From the NCBI GenBank assembly GCA_000404785.1, contig ASNI01000003.1, positions 7,731 through 71,730 of the forward strand: a stretch of 64,000 nt of DNA, written 5' to 3'. Made by a program: the position numbers and the translations under genes. Within the stretch, counting starts at the first letter, position 1. Every line of letters begins with the position of its first letter. The notes under the pieces were generated by a model that saw nothing but the letters and a program-made list of their open reading frames with translations, did not search any database and had not been told where the DNA came from. Origin of the DNA: Cloacimonetes bacterium SCGC AAA252-N17 (GTDB lineage: Bacteria; Cloacimonadota; Cloacimonadia; JGIOTU-2). Shown here one piece after another: positions 54,929 to 64,000 of the stretch.

Positions 54929-56641
54929 ATGAGAAAAAAATGGATTAGAGAAGCACTTGATGTTGATCAGGAGGTGCTGGATGAGCTTGTTGAAAAGCTG
55001 AGCTGCCCTCCTGTTATTGCGAAATTACTTGCCCTTCATTGTATTGACACTCCCGAAAAAGCTGAGACCTTTTTTAATCCATCCATCGAAGACATGCATG
55101 ATCCTTTTCTCTTTAAAGATATGGACAAAGCAGTCGAGCGAATTATCCGTGCTATCGAACAAAAAGAAAAGATAATCATTTATGGTGATTATGATGTGGA
55201 CGGCACAACAGCTACTTCGATTCTCCTTATGGGTTTGCATGAGCTGGATGCGAATGTAGGTTTTTACATTCCCAACAGAATGATCGAGGGTTACGGACTT
55301 TCTTTTACAGGCAATAAGGCAATTGAATCCATGCAGGCACAGCTCGTTATTACTGTGGACTGTGGCATCAATGCGGTTGATGAAATTGCAGATCTGAACA
55401 CCTGCGGCATCGATGTGATCGTGACAGACCATCATACCCCAAAAAAGATATTGCCGGACGCACATGCAATCATTGATTCCAAATTGAAATATTCTACATA
55501 TCCATATATCGAACTTTCAGGCGCCGGCATCGCACTCAAGGTACTCACTGCACTCTTTATGAAAATTGGTAAAGATGGTCATGAAGCTGTTGAAAGATAC
55601 TGCGATCTTGCAGGGCTTGGTACTATTGCAGATATTGTTCCTCTCACAGGCGAGAACCGCATCATTGCACGTCTCGGGATCGAGCGGCTACAGCAGCGAA
55701 AAAATATGGGCATCAACTATCTACTCAATCTGTCGGGCTTAAAACAAGTAGTGCTCAAATCCAGCGATATTGTGTTCAAACTTGCACCACGCATTAATGC
55801 GGCAGGACGAATGGGTAGTGCTGATAGAGCTGTAGAACTTATGACTGCAACAACTCCGGAAATTGCAAAACAGCTTGCGCTTTCCATTGATTCTGAAAAT
55901 TTTAAACGCCAGAAAATCGATCAGGATACCTTCAAAACTGCCTGTGACATGATCGAAGCGAAATATCCTGATATGAATAACACCTATTTTATTGTCCTTG
56001 CTGCTGAAGAATGGCATCCGGGCGTGATCGGGATCGTAGCTTCCAAAGTTGTGGAAAAATATAACCGACCAACTATTCTGATAACCCTCTCAGAAGGTGA
56101 AGGAAGCGGCTCAGGACGCAGCATACAGAATTTTAATATCTTTGATTGCCTTACTCATTTTGAGGATTATCTCATCAGTTTTGGAGGTCACAAATATGCT
56201 GCCGGACTTACGATCCTGCCTGAATACATTGATATCCTTGATGAAAAACTCAATGAATATGCTCGCGAAATTTTATCCGAAGAGGAAATCCAGCCACAGA
56301 TAAGCGTTGTTGATGAACTCAATTTCCAGCAGATAGATGATGAACTCATAAAATGGCTGAAAATGTTCGCACCTTTCGGTCCGAATAATATGAATCCTAT
56401 CTTCATGAGTTCGAATGTTATGGTTGTGGGCTATCCCTATACAGTTGGCATGAATCATCTCAAGATCAAAGCTCTGCAGAATGAAAAAATCCTTGATCTG
56501 ATAGGTTTCAACATGGGTGACCTTGTACCCTTTTTGAAAAAGGGCTCTCATATTGATATTGCTTATTCCCTCGAGGAAAATAACTGGCAGAATATTTCGA
56601 AAATTCAGGGAAAATTAAAGGATATTCGTCCTTCTCAGTGA
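54929..56641 (+). CDS. recJ: Single-stranded-DNA-specific exonuclease RecJ
   Basis: DHH motifs (IYGDYDVDGTT, VDCG, VTDHH) and the DHHA1 motif GGHKYAAG. Confidence 0.93.
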   Translation: MRKKWIREALDVDQEVLDELVEKLSCPPVIAKLLALHCIDTPEKAETFFNPSIEDMHDPFLFKDMDKAVERIIRAIEQKEKIIIYGDYDVDGTTATSILLMGLHELDANVGFYIPNRMIEGYGLSFTGNKAIESMQAQLVITVDCGINAVDEIADLNTCGIDVIVTDHHTPKKILPDAHAIIDSKLKYSTYPYIELSGAGIALKVLTALFMKIGKDGHEAVERYCDLAGLGTIADIVPLTGENRIIARLGIERLQQRKNMGINYLLNLSGLKQVVLKSSDIVFKLAPRINAAGRMGSADRAVELMTATTPEIAKQLALSIDSENFKRQKIDQDTFKTACDMIEAKYPDMNNTYFIVLAAEEWHPGVIGIVASKVVEKYNRPTILITLSEGEGSGSGRSIQNFNIFDCLTHFEDYLISFGGHKYAAGLTILPEYIDILDEKLNEYAREILSEEEIQPQISVVDELNFQQIDDELIKWLKMFAPFGPNNMNPIFMSSNVMVVGYPYTVGMNHLKIKALQNEKILDLIGFNMGDLVPFLKKGSHIDIAYSLEENNWQNISKIQGKLKDIRPSQ

Positions 56642-56642
56642 C

Positions 56643-57512
56643 ATGAAACTGCATATACTTCGAAATATACTTTTTATTGTTCTTATCTTGTGTATGGCTT
56701 CCTGTTCGAGTTTGACAATTTCCGACACAAAACCCCTCCCAAAAGGACTTGTATATAGATCCCAGATCCATCTTCCGGTCCAACCAAGAAAAATCCGTTA
56801 TTGTAGCTTCACGAATTCCTTCATTGTACTGGATAACTTAAAAAATGTGCTCTATCGTATTGACGAAAATGGAAAAATTCTACAGCGCATCGGCGAGTTT
56901 GGATTTGACGAAGGACAATTCGTGCACATCTCGGATTTTGCAGTTGACAGTTTCGGAAATATTTTTGTGGTCGATGATGTGACGAATGTGATTGTTCAGT
57001 TTGATGATTTCGGACAATATGTGAACTCCTTCACACCAATGGAAGTGACCGAACCGGAACTTATTGCAGTTCAGGATACGGGCGAACTCCTTATTTATGA
57101 TAGTTTTTCAAATCAAGTTTTCTGCTTTACAAAAGAGAATACTATTCGGTTCAAATTCGGAAAATTTTATCTTAATGATCCGCAAAAGATCTGCACAACC
57201 CTTGAAGTGAATTACATTGCAGATACCGGCGAGAACAGTATTTTTCTTATTGATAATTTTGGTGGTCTACTTCACGAGATCACACCTTCCAATGCACTGC
57301 TGGATATCACTTCTACGAAAAATTTTTACTTCTATCTTAATAATAAAACAAATGTCTATGTAGCACGACGAATGTCGTTAGAACCTTTACTACTGGGAAC
57401 TATATCTGACTTTATAAAAACCATCAAACCAACATCAATTATTGCGTTTGACTCGGCTATTGGCATACTCGAATCCAATAAACTTCATGTGTTCCAACTG
57501 CTTGCTAATTAG
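56643..57512 (+). CDS. NHL-repeat beta-propeller lipoprotein
   Basis: Lipobox-like LILCMASC, and NHL-like repeats (GEFGFDEGQFVHISDFAVDSFGNIFVVD). Confidence 0.7.
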   Translation: MKLHILRNILFIVLILCMASCSSLTISDTKPLPKGLVYRSQIHLPVQPRKIRYCSFTNSFIVLDNLKNVLYRIDENGKILQRIGEFGFDEGQFVHISDFAVDSFGNIFVVDDVTNVIVQFDDFGQYVNSFTPMEVTEPELIAVQDTGELLIYDSFSNQVFCFTKENTIRFKFGKFYLNDPQKICTTLEVNYIADTGENSIFLIDNFGGLLHEITPSNALLDITSTKNFYFYLNNKTNVYVARRMSLEPLLLGTISDFIKTIKPTSIIAFDSAIGILESNKLHVFQLLAN

Positions 57513-57602
57513 CTAAATAATCTCATTTTCTTAAGAATTACTTTACAAATATTATAATGATAAATACGAGTTGTAAAAAAATTTATTTCATAAAAAAAGC
57601 TT

Positions 57603-59096
57603 ATGAAAAACTTAATTCTTGTTCTCGTATCAGCCCTCTTATTCGGGCTTTCATTTATTGATGTTGGAGTGGGATTTCTCTGTTTTTTTGCATTCATACC
57701 ATATCTTTATTTCATAACAAAAGCAACACCGAAACATGCATTTCTTTTTGGATTTTTATTCGGATTATTCATCACACTGATCACCTTATACGGTGTGATA
57801 AATGTTAAGCTTATCGCCTTCATCGGACTCCTCATCGTGCTGCCGCTTTATTTTGCGATACTCTCTGTTCTTCTGCGAAAGGTGCATGAAAGTTTTCAGA
57901 AAGCATTTTTATGGATATTTCCTGTTATATGGATCGGCTATGAATATCTGATGACTCTCGGATCATTGAATTTTCCATGGCTGAACGTTGGTTACTCGCT
58001 CTCAAAATATTATCTACTCATACAAGCTGCTGATCTGCTCGGCATTTATGGATTATCTTTTCTTGTTCTTATCATAAATGTACTTCTTTTTAATGTTTTC
58101 ACAGGCAAGCCAAAAAGACTTCTCATTATCCTCATTATTTTTGTGCTCTGGATCGGATACGGCATCTATCGAGATAAGACCATCAAACTAAAAAGTTCTG
58201 ATTTAAAGATTGGAATTATTCAGCTCAATATTATGCAGGAAGACAAGTGGAAACCCGAAAAGCTCGAGCCAACTATTGATGAATATGAAAACCAGGTGCG
58301 CATTCTGGCACATATCAATGATGTGAATGTGATCATTTTACCAGAATCTGCAATCCCTACCTACATTTTGCATGAACCCAAATACAGAAAACGTCTTCAG
58401 AAATTTGCTACTGATAATAGAGTCTATGTGATCACAGGATTCCCTGACTATGCAGTGGAGATCGTGAAGAACAGACCGAAATATAAATTTTATAACAGCG
58501 CTACACTCATTGACACAGCAGGTACAATACACGAAAAATACAATAAGATCCGCCTTGTTCCCTTTGGTGAGAGAATTCCCCTTTTGAGCACTTTTCCCGT
58601 TCTTGAAAAACTGCAGTTCGGACAGGCGAATTTTGAATTTGGAACAGACTATCCGCTATATAAAATCGGCAATTTGAATTTTTCTATTCTGATCTGTTTT
58701 GAAGGTGTGTTCCCGGACCTATCACGGATCTATGCAAAAAATGGAGCGGATGTCCTTGTTGTCATCACTAACGATGCCTGGTTTAAACGGACAGCGCTCC
58801 CCTATGAGCATGCCAATAACACGAAAATACGCGCTATCGAGACACGGCTTCCGCTCATCCGTGCTGCGAATACAGGCATCTCATACATTGTGAACGCAAA
58901 AGGTAAGACGATCATTTCAACAGATGTATATGAAAGAATAAATATTACCAGCAAACTGACAGTGAAAGCATCAGATATAAAAACCATTTTTGTAAAGTTT
59001 GGCTACCTGTTCGCTCCGCTATGCTTTTGGTTCAGTGTTGTGATCATTTTAATATCAATAATTTTACCATTATTTATAATGAAAAGAGTCAAATGA
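57603..59096 (+). CDS. lnt: Apolipoprotein N-acyltransferase
   Basis: Multiple N-terminal TM helices and a C-terminal CN-hydrolase domain (ILPESAIP, VPFGERIP, ILICFE). Confidence 0.9.
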   Translation: MKNLILVLVSALLFGLSFIDVGVGFLCFFAFIPYLYFITKATPKHAFLFGFLFGLFITLITLYGVINVKLIAFIGLLIVLPLYFAILSVLLRKVHESFQKAFLWIFPVIWIGYEYLMTLGSLNFPWLNVGYSLSKYYLLIQAADLLGIYGLSFLVLIINVLLFNVFTGKPKRLLIILIIFVLWIGYGIYRDKTIKLKSSDLKIGIIQLNIMQEDKWKPEKLEPTIDEYENQVRILAHINDVNVIILPESAIPTYILHEPKYRKRLQKFATDNRVYVITGFPDYAVEIVKNRPKYKFYNSATLIDTAGTIHEKYNKIRLVPFGERIPLLSTFPVLEKLQFGQANFEFGTDYPLYKIGNLNFSILICFEGVFPDLSRIYAKNGADVLVVITNDAWFKRTALPYEHANNTKIRAIETRLPLIRAANTGISYIVNAKGKTIISTDVYERINITSKLTVKASDIKTIFVKFGYLFAPLCFWFSVVIILISIILPLFIMKRVK

Positions 59097-59497
59097 GCAT
59101 TAAAAGCATCAAACTACAAAAAACAAAATATTACTACACCATGCGGGAAGTGTGCAACATTCTGGATCTCAAGCCACATGTGCTTCGATTCTGGGAAACC
59201 CAGTTCCCGCAGCTCAATCCGCAGCGCAAACAAGGTTCGAACAGACGTTATACACAAAAGGACATTCAACTTCTAAAGAAAATCCAATATCTCCTTTACG
59301 AAAAGAAATTCAAGATAAAAGGAGCAAAAAAAGCGCTTCGTAATGTTGAGGATATTTCCACAAAAGAAAATGTACAGATCGATATGGAAAGTTATGAGAG
59401 CAAAAGAGCGTTGAAACGGCTCAGAAATAAACTTGCTGAATTGAAAAATATTACATTAAATTTTTTAAAAGATACACAAAAAAATTCCGATGAATAA
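59093..59497 (+). CDS. MerR-family transcriptional regulator
   Basis: YYTMREVCNILDLKPHVLRFWETQFPQL...RRYTQKDIQLL. The ATG overlaps the lnt stop (ATGA). Confidence 0.8.
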   Translation: MSIKSIKLQKTKYYYTMREVCNILDLKPHVLRFWETQFPQLNPQRKQGSNRRYTQKDIQLLKKIQYLLYEKKFKIKGAKKALRNVEDISTKENVQIDMESYESKRALKRLRNKLAELKNITLNFLKDTQKNSDE

Positions 59498-60392
59498 TAT
59501 AAAAAAAGCTTCTGCCTGGGCTCCCAATCACATCACTGGATTCTTCTATTCAAAGATGGACAAAGACCCGATACAGAGCAGTTCGCTTGGTGCAGGTGTC
59601 AATCTATCACAAGGAACAACAACTCAGATCGAAATCCAACCTGCCTATGAAAATGACGTCTCCATTTTAATAAATGAAAATATATCGAAGGCAGAACTCT
59701 CTCACTGGCTCGTGAAAGAATTTTTAAAAAAATACATTAATGATAACTACAAAATTGACATTCATCACAAAATGGAAATGCCAATCAGCGCAGGATTTGG
59801 CACAAGCGGAAGCGGAGCTCTGAGTTTGGTGCTTGCTTTGAAAAAAGTTTTTAATATTGAGATTTCTGATGAAGAGTGCTACAAACTCGCCCACATTGCT
59901 GATGTTGAGAACAAAGGCGGTTTGGGGACTGTCATGGCAGAGATAGCCGGCGGTCTGGAAATCCGGGTTGCCTTTGGCGGTCCGGGTATCGGAAAAGTGG
60001 AAACCATCCGCCAGCTGGCGGATTATAAAGTTGTCATTCTCTATTTCTGTCCCTATCAAACTAAGGAAGCGCTTTTAGATAAAAATTTAATGGAAAAGGT
60101 TAATAAATTCGGTAAAACATGCGTGAACGATCTGCTTAAAGATCCATCTATAGAACGCTTTCTCGAGCTTTCACAATGGTTTGTAAAAAAGATCGAAGTA
60201 GTGACCGAGCGAGTCTCAGACATCATAAAAAAATTGGAACGAAACGGATTTCTCTGCAGTATGCCGCTCTTTGGTGAAAGTGTGTTCAGCATCCAGAAAA
60301 ACGAAAAAGCTGAAGAACTGCAGAATATTTTTCATGAATACGGTACAACCTATATTTCAAAAATCAGCACAGAAGGTCCCCATGTTAATTGA
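59490..60392 (+). CDS. Pantoate kinase, archaeal type (GHMP kinase family)
   Basis: N-terminal AWAPNHITGFF and GHMP motif PISAGFGTSGSGALSLVLAL. The context is panE, panB and the phosphopantothenate synthetase gene. Confidence 0.7.
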   Translation: MNNIKKASAWAPNHITGFFYSKMDKDPIQSSSLGAGVNLSQGTTTQIEIQPAYENDVSILINENISKAELSHWLVKEFLKKYINDNYKIDIHHKMEMPISAGFGTSGSGALSLVLALKKVFNIEISDEECYKLAHIADVENKGGLGTVMAEIAGGLEIRVAFGGPGIGKVETIRQLADYKVVILYFCPYQTKEALLDKNLMEKVNKFGKTCVNDLLKDPSIERFLELSQWFVKKIEVVTERVSDIIKKLERNGFLCSMPLFGESVFSIQKNEKAEELQNIFHEYGTTYISKISTEGPHVN

Positions 60393-61140
60393 AGTTCCCA
60401 ATTCCCATCCACGCGCACTATCCCTGCACATCCGCGAAAAGCTCATTGCCGGTTTTGACAAAGGACTTGTTGCAAAAGCGGGACTTATCGCACATGGCAG
60501 AGGTGAGTGCTTTGATTATCTCATTGGAGAAAAAACACAACCCTTTACTGAACGTTCGATCGAAGCCGCCTGTGCAATGCTTCTCCTTGCTGAACATCCG
60601 GTGCTTTCTATCAACGGCAATGTTGCAGCACTCTGTCCTGAAGGCATCATCAAAATGAGTAAAGTTGCTGATGCACCTCTTGAGATAAATCTTTTTTATC
60701 GAACAAAAGAACGTGAAGATGCACTTCTGAAGCATATGAAAGAACATGGCGCTCATGAGATTCTCGGCGTGGGAGATGATGAAACAGTGCAGATCGAAGA
60801 ATTGCAAAGCAATCGCAGGATCGTGTCCAAAAAGGGCATTTTCATCGCTGATGTGGTATTCGTACCGCTTGAAGATGGAGACCGTACTGAAGCGCTGGTT
60901 GCATTTGGCAAGAAAGTCATAACTGTTGACCTCAATCCCCTATCCCGAACTGCGCAGAAAGCCCAGATCACTATCGTAGATAATATAGTGCGAAGTGTTC
61001 CGCTCATGACAAAAAAGATCATAGAGATGAAGAAATATTCTACTCAAAAATTGCAGAAAATATGCGATAATTTTGATAATCAACACACACTAAAAATGGC
61101 GTTGCAGTTCATTCTACAGCGTTTGAGGGAGCTTTCATGA
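60382..61140 (+). CDS. 4-phosphopantoate--beta-alanine ligase (phosphopantothenate synthetase), archaeal type
   Basis: HPRALSLHIREKL...GLIAHGRGECFDYLIGE...SINGNVAAL, collinear with the archaeal DUF137-type enzyme as I recall it. It overlaps the previous gene by 11 nt. Confidence 0.75.
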   Translation: MLIEVPNSHPRALSLHIREKLIAGFDKGLVAKAGLIAHGRGECFDYLIGEKTQPFTERSIEAACAMLLLAEHPVLSINGNVAALCPEGIIKMSKVADAPLEINLFYRTKEREDALLKHMKEHGAHEILGVGDDETVQIEELQSNRRIVSKKGIFIADVVFVPLEDGDRTEALVAFGKKVITVDLNPLSRTAQKAQITIVDNIVRSVPLMTKKIIEMKKYSTQKLQKICDNFDNQHTLKMALQFILQRLRELS

Positions 61141-62030
61141 ATATCATAATAATCGGAGCTGGGGCAATTGGTACCTACCTGGCAGCTGCGATCTCACGCG
61201 AGTATGATGTTATACTCGTTGGGAAAAAGGAACATCATCACAAAGATCATTTCAAGGTCATACAAAAGCAGGGAATTCTTCTTTCCGGCTTTCAGACATT
61301 TATGAGCGAAGTGCTCACCACAAGGGAGTTAAAAGAGATTCCAGAGAACTCTCTTATACTTGTTGCAACCAAAGCTTACGATGTGAAAACTGTATTTGAA
61401 GACCTGAAAAACATCGTTAAAGAAGATACTGTGTTCATGCTTATCCAGAACGGTATTGGCGTCAAAGAGGAAGTCAGGGACATTCTTCCAAATGAAATCA
61501 TCCGTTCAGTAACTGGTATCGGTGCAGAAATTATTCGTCATGGTGAAGTCAGAACATCCTGGGGAAAGGTCGTTTTGGAAAATACTCAATCTGCACAAAA
61601 AGTCTATGAAATCTTCTCAAACAGCCAGTTCGCCACGCGCATATCTGATAACATAATATCAGAAGAATGGCTCAAACTTTCTATCAATGCTTTTGTGAAT
61701 CCTCTTACCACACTGCTGCAGGTACGCACGAACATGCTCTCCACACCTGAACTGCGAATCCTGGTGGGAAAAGTCATCGATGAAGTGATCGCAGTTGCAG
61801 AAAAAGAAGGCATCGCAGTTGAAAGAGAAAAAGTCATCCGTACAATAGACCGGCTAAGTAAATATCACAATTTCTCATCCATGTATCAGGACGTGAAAAA
61901 GGGCAAAAAGACAGAGCTGGACTACATCACAGGAGCGATCATACAAAGAGCTAAGAAACACAGCATACCTGTGCCGATGAACGAATTTCTTTACGACTCA
62001 ATACATTTTTTAGAAAAATATGGATACTGA
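61137..62030 (+). CDS. panE: 2-dehydropantoate 2-reductase
   Basis: IIIIGAGAIGTYLA Rossmann motif, SSMYQDVKKGKKTELDYITG. The ATGA overlaps the upstream stop. Confidence 0.85.
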   Translation: MNIIIIGAGAIGTYLAAAISREYDVILVGKKEHHHKDHFKVIQKQGILLSGFQTFMSEVLTTRELKEIPENSLILVATKAYDVKTVFEDLKNIVKEDTVFMLIQNGIGVKEEVRDILPNEIIRSVTGIGAEIIRHGEVRTSWGKVVLENTQSAQKVYEIFSNSQFATRISDNIISEEWLKLSINAFVNPLTTLLQVRTNMLSTPELRILVGKVIDEVIAVAEKEGIAVEREKVIRTIDRLSKYHNFSSMYQDVKKGKKTELDYITGAIIQRAKKHSIPVPMNEFLYDSIHFLEKYGY

Positions 62031-62055
62031 GAAAATGTCTAATGACTCCCGACCT

Positions 62056-62498
62056 GTCGGGACTAATTTCTAATGGAAATCCAAATTACAAATGACTGAT
62101 AACAAGAGATTCGATTTAGAAGAGAGAACTGCAAAATTTGGTGAAAATATCATTAAATTTGCTAAAAAGATTCCCCAAAATCCAATAACCCTCCCTCTTA
62201 TAACACAATTAGTTAAGGCAGTTACGAGCGTTGGGGCAAATTACTCGGAAGCGGATTGTGCTGAATCCAAAAAGGACTTTGAGCATAAAATTGGCATCTG
62301 TAATAAAGAATCCAAGGAATCAAAGCACTGGTTAAGAATGATATCAGTAGCTGTTCCAGAACTCAAAGATGAAGCAAAAATTCTATGGAAAGAAGCTCAC
62401 GAATTGAATCTGATCTTCTCCTCCATAATAATTAAATCAAGAAAAAGATGAAACTTTGGTATTTGAACTTTGAAATTTTATTAGACATTAGTCCCGAC
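62056..62498. repeat. 19-bp inverted repeat (18/19) bracketing the four-helix-bundle gene cassette
   Basis: GTCGGGACTAATTTCTAAT (62056-62074) and ATTAGACATTAGTCCCGAC (62480-62498). Each arm is part of a local TCCCGAC-NN-GTCGGGA palindrome (62047-62062 and 62492-62507). Confidence 0.7.
62092..62451 (+). CDS. Four-helix-bundle protein (23S rRNA intervening-sequence protein family)
   Basis: 119 aa, ...QLVKAVTSVGANYSEA...SKKDFEHKIGICNKESKESKHWLRM, the family signature. Confidence 0.85.
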   Translation: MTDNKRFDLEERTAKFGENIIKFAKKIPQNPITLPLITQLVKAVTSVGANYSEADCAESKKDFEHKIGICNKESKESKHWLRMISVAVPELKDEAKILWKEAHELNLIFSSIIIKSRKR

Positions 62499-62524
62499 TT
62501 GTCGGGAAGAAATTAAAGGATAAA

Positions 62525-63325
62525 ATGATTATTTCTAATATTTCTACTATGCGAGAGCATAAAGTTAAGGATATCCAAAAACTTAAAAATAAAGAAAAGA
62601 TCGTAATGCTCACCTGTTACGACTTTCAGATGGCAAAGATCTTTTCCTCTGTCGGTATTGACATCATCCTTGTGGGAGATAGTCTCGGCATGGTTTTTCA
62701 GGGTGATTCCACCACAAAAAACGTAATCATGGAGCAGATGCTTTACCACGTCCAGGCAGTCTCAAAAGGCGCTGGAGATCTTCCTATTGTTGGAGATATG
62801 CCGATCCATTCCTATAAAAATAAAGAGATCGCTCTTGATAATGCACAGCGATTCATAGATGCTGGTGCTGATGCGGTCAAACTGGAAGGATACTTTCCTG
62901 AGACTATCTCCTATCTCGTGAAACATACTATTCCAGTGCAGGGACATATCGGACTGCTTCCTCAAACCTATGAATCCTTCAAGGTGGTCGGCAGAAAGCA
63001 GGAAGATCATGACCGGCTTCTGAAAGAAGCAAAGGAAATCGAAGAGGCAGGTGCTTTCACACTTGTACTGGAATCAATTCCCGAACAATTGGGTAAAGAA
63101 ATAACAGAAAGTGTAGGTATCCCGACGATCGGTATCGGTGCAGGCAAATTTTGTGATGGACAGGTGCTCGTTATAAATGATCTGCTTGGTATGGATCCCG
63201 CCTTTCATCCCAAATTTGTGAAGCATTATGCAAACCTTTTTGAAATCATTTCACAGAGTGTATCTGCATTCAAACGAGATGTGAAAAACAAGACCTATCC
63301 TGATAAGGAACATGTTTATGAATAG
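62525..63325 (+). CDS. panB: 3-methyl-2-oxobutanoate hydroxymethyltransferase
   Basis: MLTCYD, LVGDSLGMV, VGDMP, VKLEG and IPTIGIGAG motifs. Confidence 0.92.
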   Translation: MIISNISTMREHKVKDIQKLKNKEKIVMLTCYDFQMAKIFSSVGIDIILVGDSLGMVFQGDSTTKNVIMEQMLYHVQAVSKGAGDLPIVGDMPIHSYKNKEIALDNAQRFIDAGADAVKLEGYFPETISYLVKHTIPVQGHIGLLPQTYESFKVVGRKQEDHDRLLKEAKEIEEAGAFTLVLESIPEQLGKEITESVGIPTIGIGAGKFCDGQVLVINDLLGMDPAFHPKFVKHYANLFEIISQSVSAFKRDVKNKTYPDKEHVYE

Positions 63326-64000
63326 ATCGTCACTTCCCAAAAACGAGGTGCTGGAACTCATCCGAGCTGCGCTCAAACATGATAAATCCTATAAAAACGG
63401 CAATGTCATCAGCACGATGTGTACCTATCCCGACAAATTCGCTCAAGAGCTTTTTTCCACTTTTATTGATAGGAACATCGGCGATGCAAACCTTTTCCCA
63501 GGTGTGATCGAACTGGAAAAGGAAACCATTCAGATGCTGGGAGATATGCTGCACAATCCCTATGCTTACGGCAATATAGTCACCGGCGGCACAGAAGCGA
63601 ATTTCCTTGCGCTCTGGGCATACCGCGAGCTTTCAGGAAAGCATACAATAATTGTGCCCGAAACCGCTCATTTCTCGCTCTATAAAAGTGCGAACATTCT
63701 CAATCTAAATATAAAAACTGTTAAAGTAACCAGGCAAAGGCAGATGGATATTGCTGAAGCGGAAAAAGCCATTGATGACAACACATTCTGCATTGTAGGC
63801 ATCGCAGGTACGACCGAACTCGGCGTGATCGACCCAATTTACAAACTTTCAGCTCTTTGTGAGAAATATAAACTCTATCTGCATATCGATGCAGCATTTG
63901 GTGGATTTGTTATTCCCTTTTTAAAGGACATGGGCTATGATGCTGACGATTTTGATTTTTCCCTTCCAGGCGTAAGCTCCATCACGATCGATCCGCATAA
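63318..64000 (+). CDS. mfnA: PLP-dependent decarboxylase of the MfnA type (probable L-aspartate/tyrosine decarboxylase), 3'-truncated by the window edge
   Basis: The frame is open from the ATG at 63318 to the window end, with TGGTEANFLAL, GIAGTTELGVIDP, HIDAAFGGFVIPFL and SSITIDPH. It overlaps the panB stop. Confidence 0.75.
   Translation, partial: MNRSSLPKNEVLELIRAALKHDKSYKNGNVISTMCTYPDKFAQELFSTFIDRNIGDANLFPGVIELEKETIQMLGDMLHNPYAYGNIVTGGTEANFLALWAYRELSGKHTIIVPETAHFSLYKSANILNLNIKTVKVTRQRQMDIAEAEKAIDDNTFCIVGIAGTTELGVIDPIYKLSALCEKYKLYLHIDAAFGGFVIPFLKDMGYDADDFDFSLPGVSSITIDPH

Overview
AT-rich bacterial chromosomal window with about 55 protein genes and 3 RNA genes. It most likely comes from an uncultivated anaerobe of the FCB/Cloacimonadota type: five secreted proteins end in the same FlgD-Ig/T9SS-type C-terminal sorting domain, and a PorV-like porin is present. 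All family calls rest on motif recognition by eye; no searches were run.

Layout:
- 1-14.2 kb (minus strand): surface and protease genes. These are a C25 gingipain-like gene start, a 2487-aa giant with a papain-like peptidase domain and beta-helix-like repeats, a TPR protein, a coiled-coil membrane protein and tRNA-Thr(CGU).
- 15.3-28 kb (plus strand): an uncharacterised metallocluster-type neighbourhood. It contains Mrp/NBP35, DUF134, two DUF5320-type proteins, a Gly-rich Zn-ribbon protein, three NifX-like paralogues plus a fragment, an MBL-fold protein, two MinD-type ATPases with ferredoxin inserts, a ferredoxin/Zn-ribbon fusion and DUF59.
- 28-33 kb: MFS transporter, methyltransferase, a free-standing archaeal-type ThrRS editing domain, Sir2 deacylase, family-4 UDG with a tiny Cys-rich partner, and DUF89.
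- 33.6-34.0 kb: tmRNA.
- 34-42.8 kb (minus strand): PorV-like gene, T9SS cargo and an amidase.
- 42.9-48 kb: polA, LarA-like gene and DUF362.
- 48.5-53.4 kb: TrmB-like regulator and three repeat-rich T9SS cargo genes.
- 54.5-54.9 kb: RNase P RNA, followed by recJ and lnt.
- 59.5-64 kb: an archaeal-type phosphopantothenate (CoA) pathway cluster.

Other points:
- Four reading-frame breaks all sit in A/T homopolymers of 7-10 nt.
- There are two in-frame stop codons, one TGA and one TAA.
- Small GxxExxY and four-helix-bundle gene cassettes are bracketed by inverted repeats.
- A dispersed hairpin family shows a compensatory base change.
- No CRISPR array, transposase, integrase or phage genes were seen.
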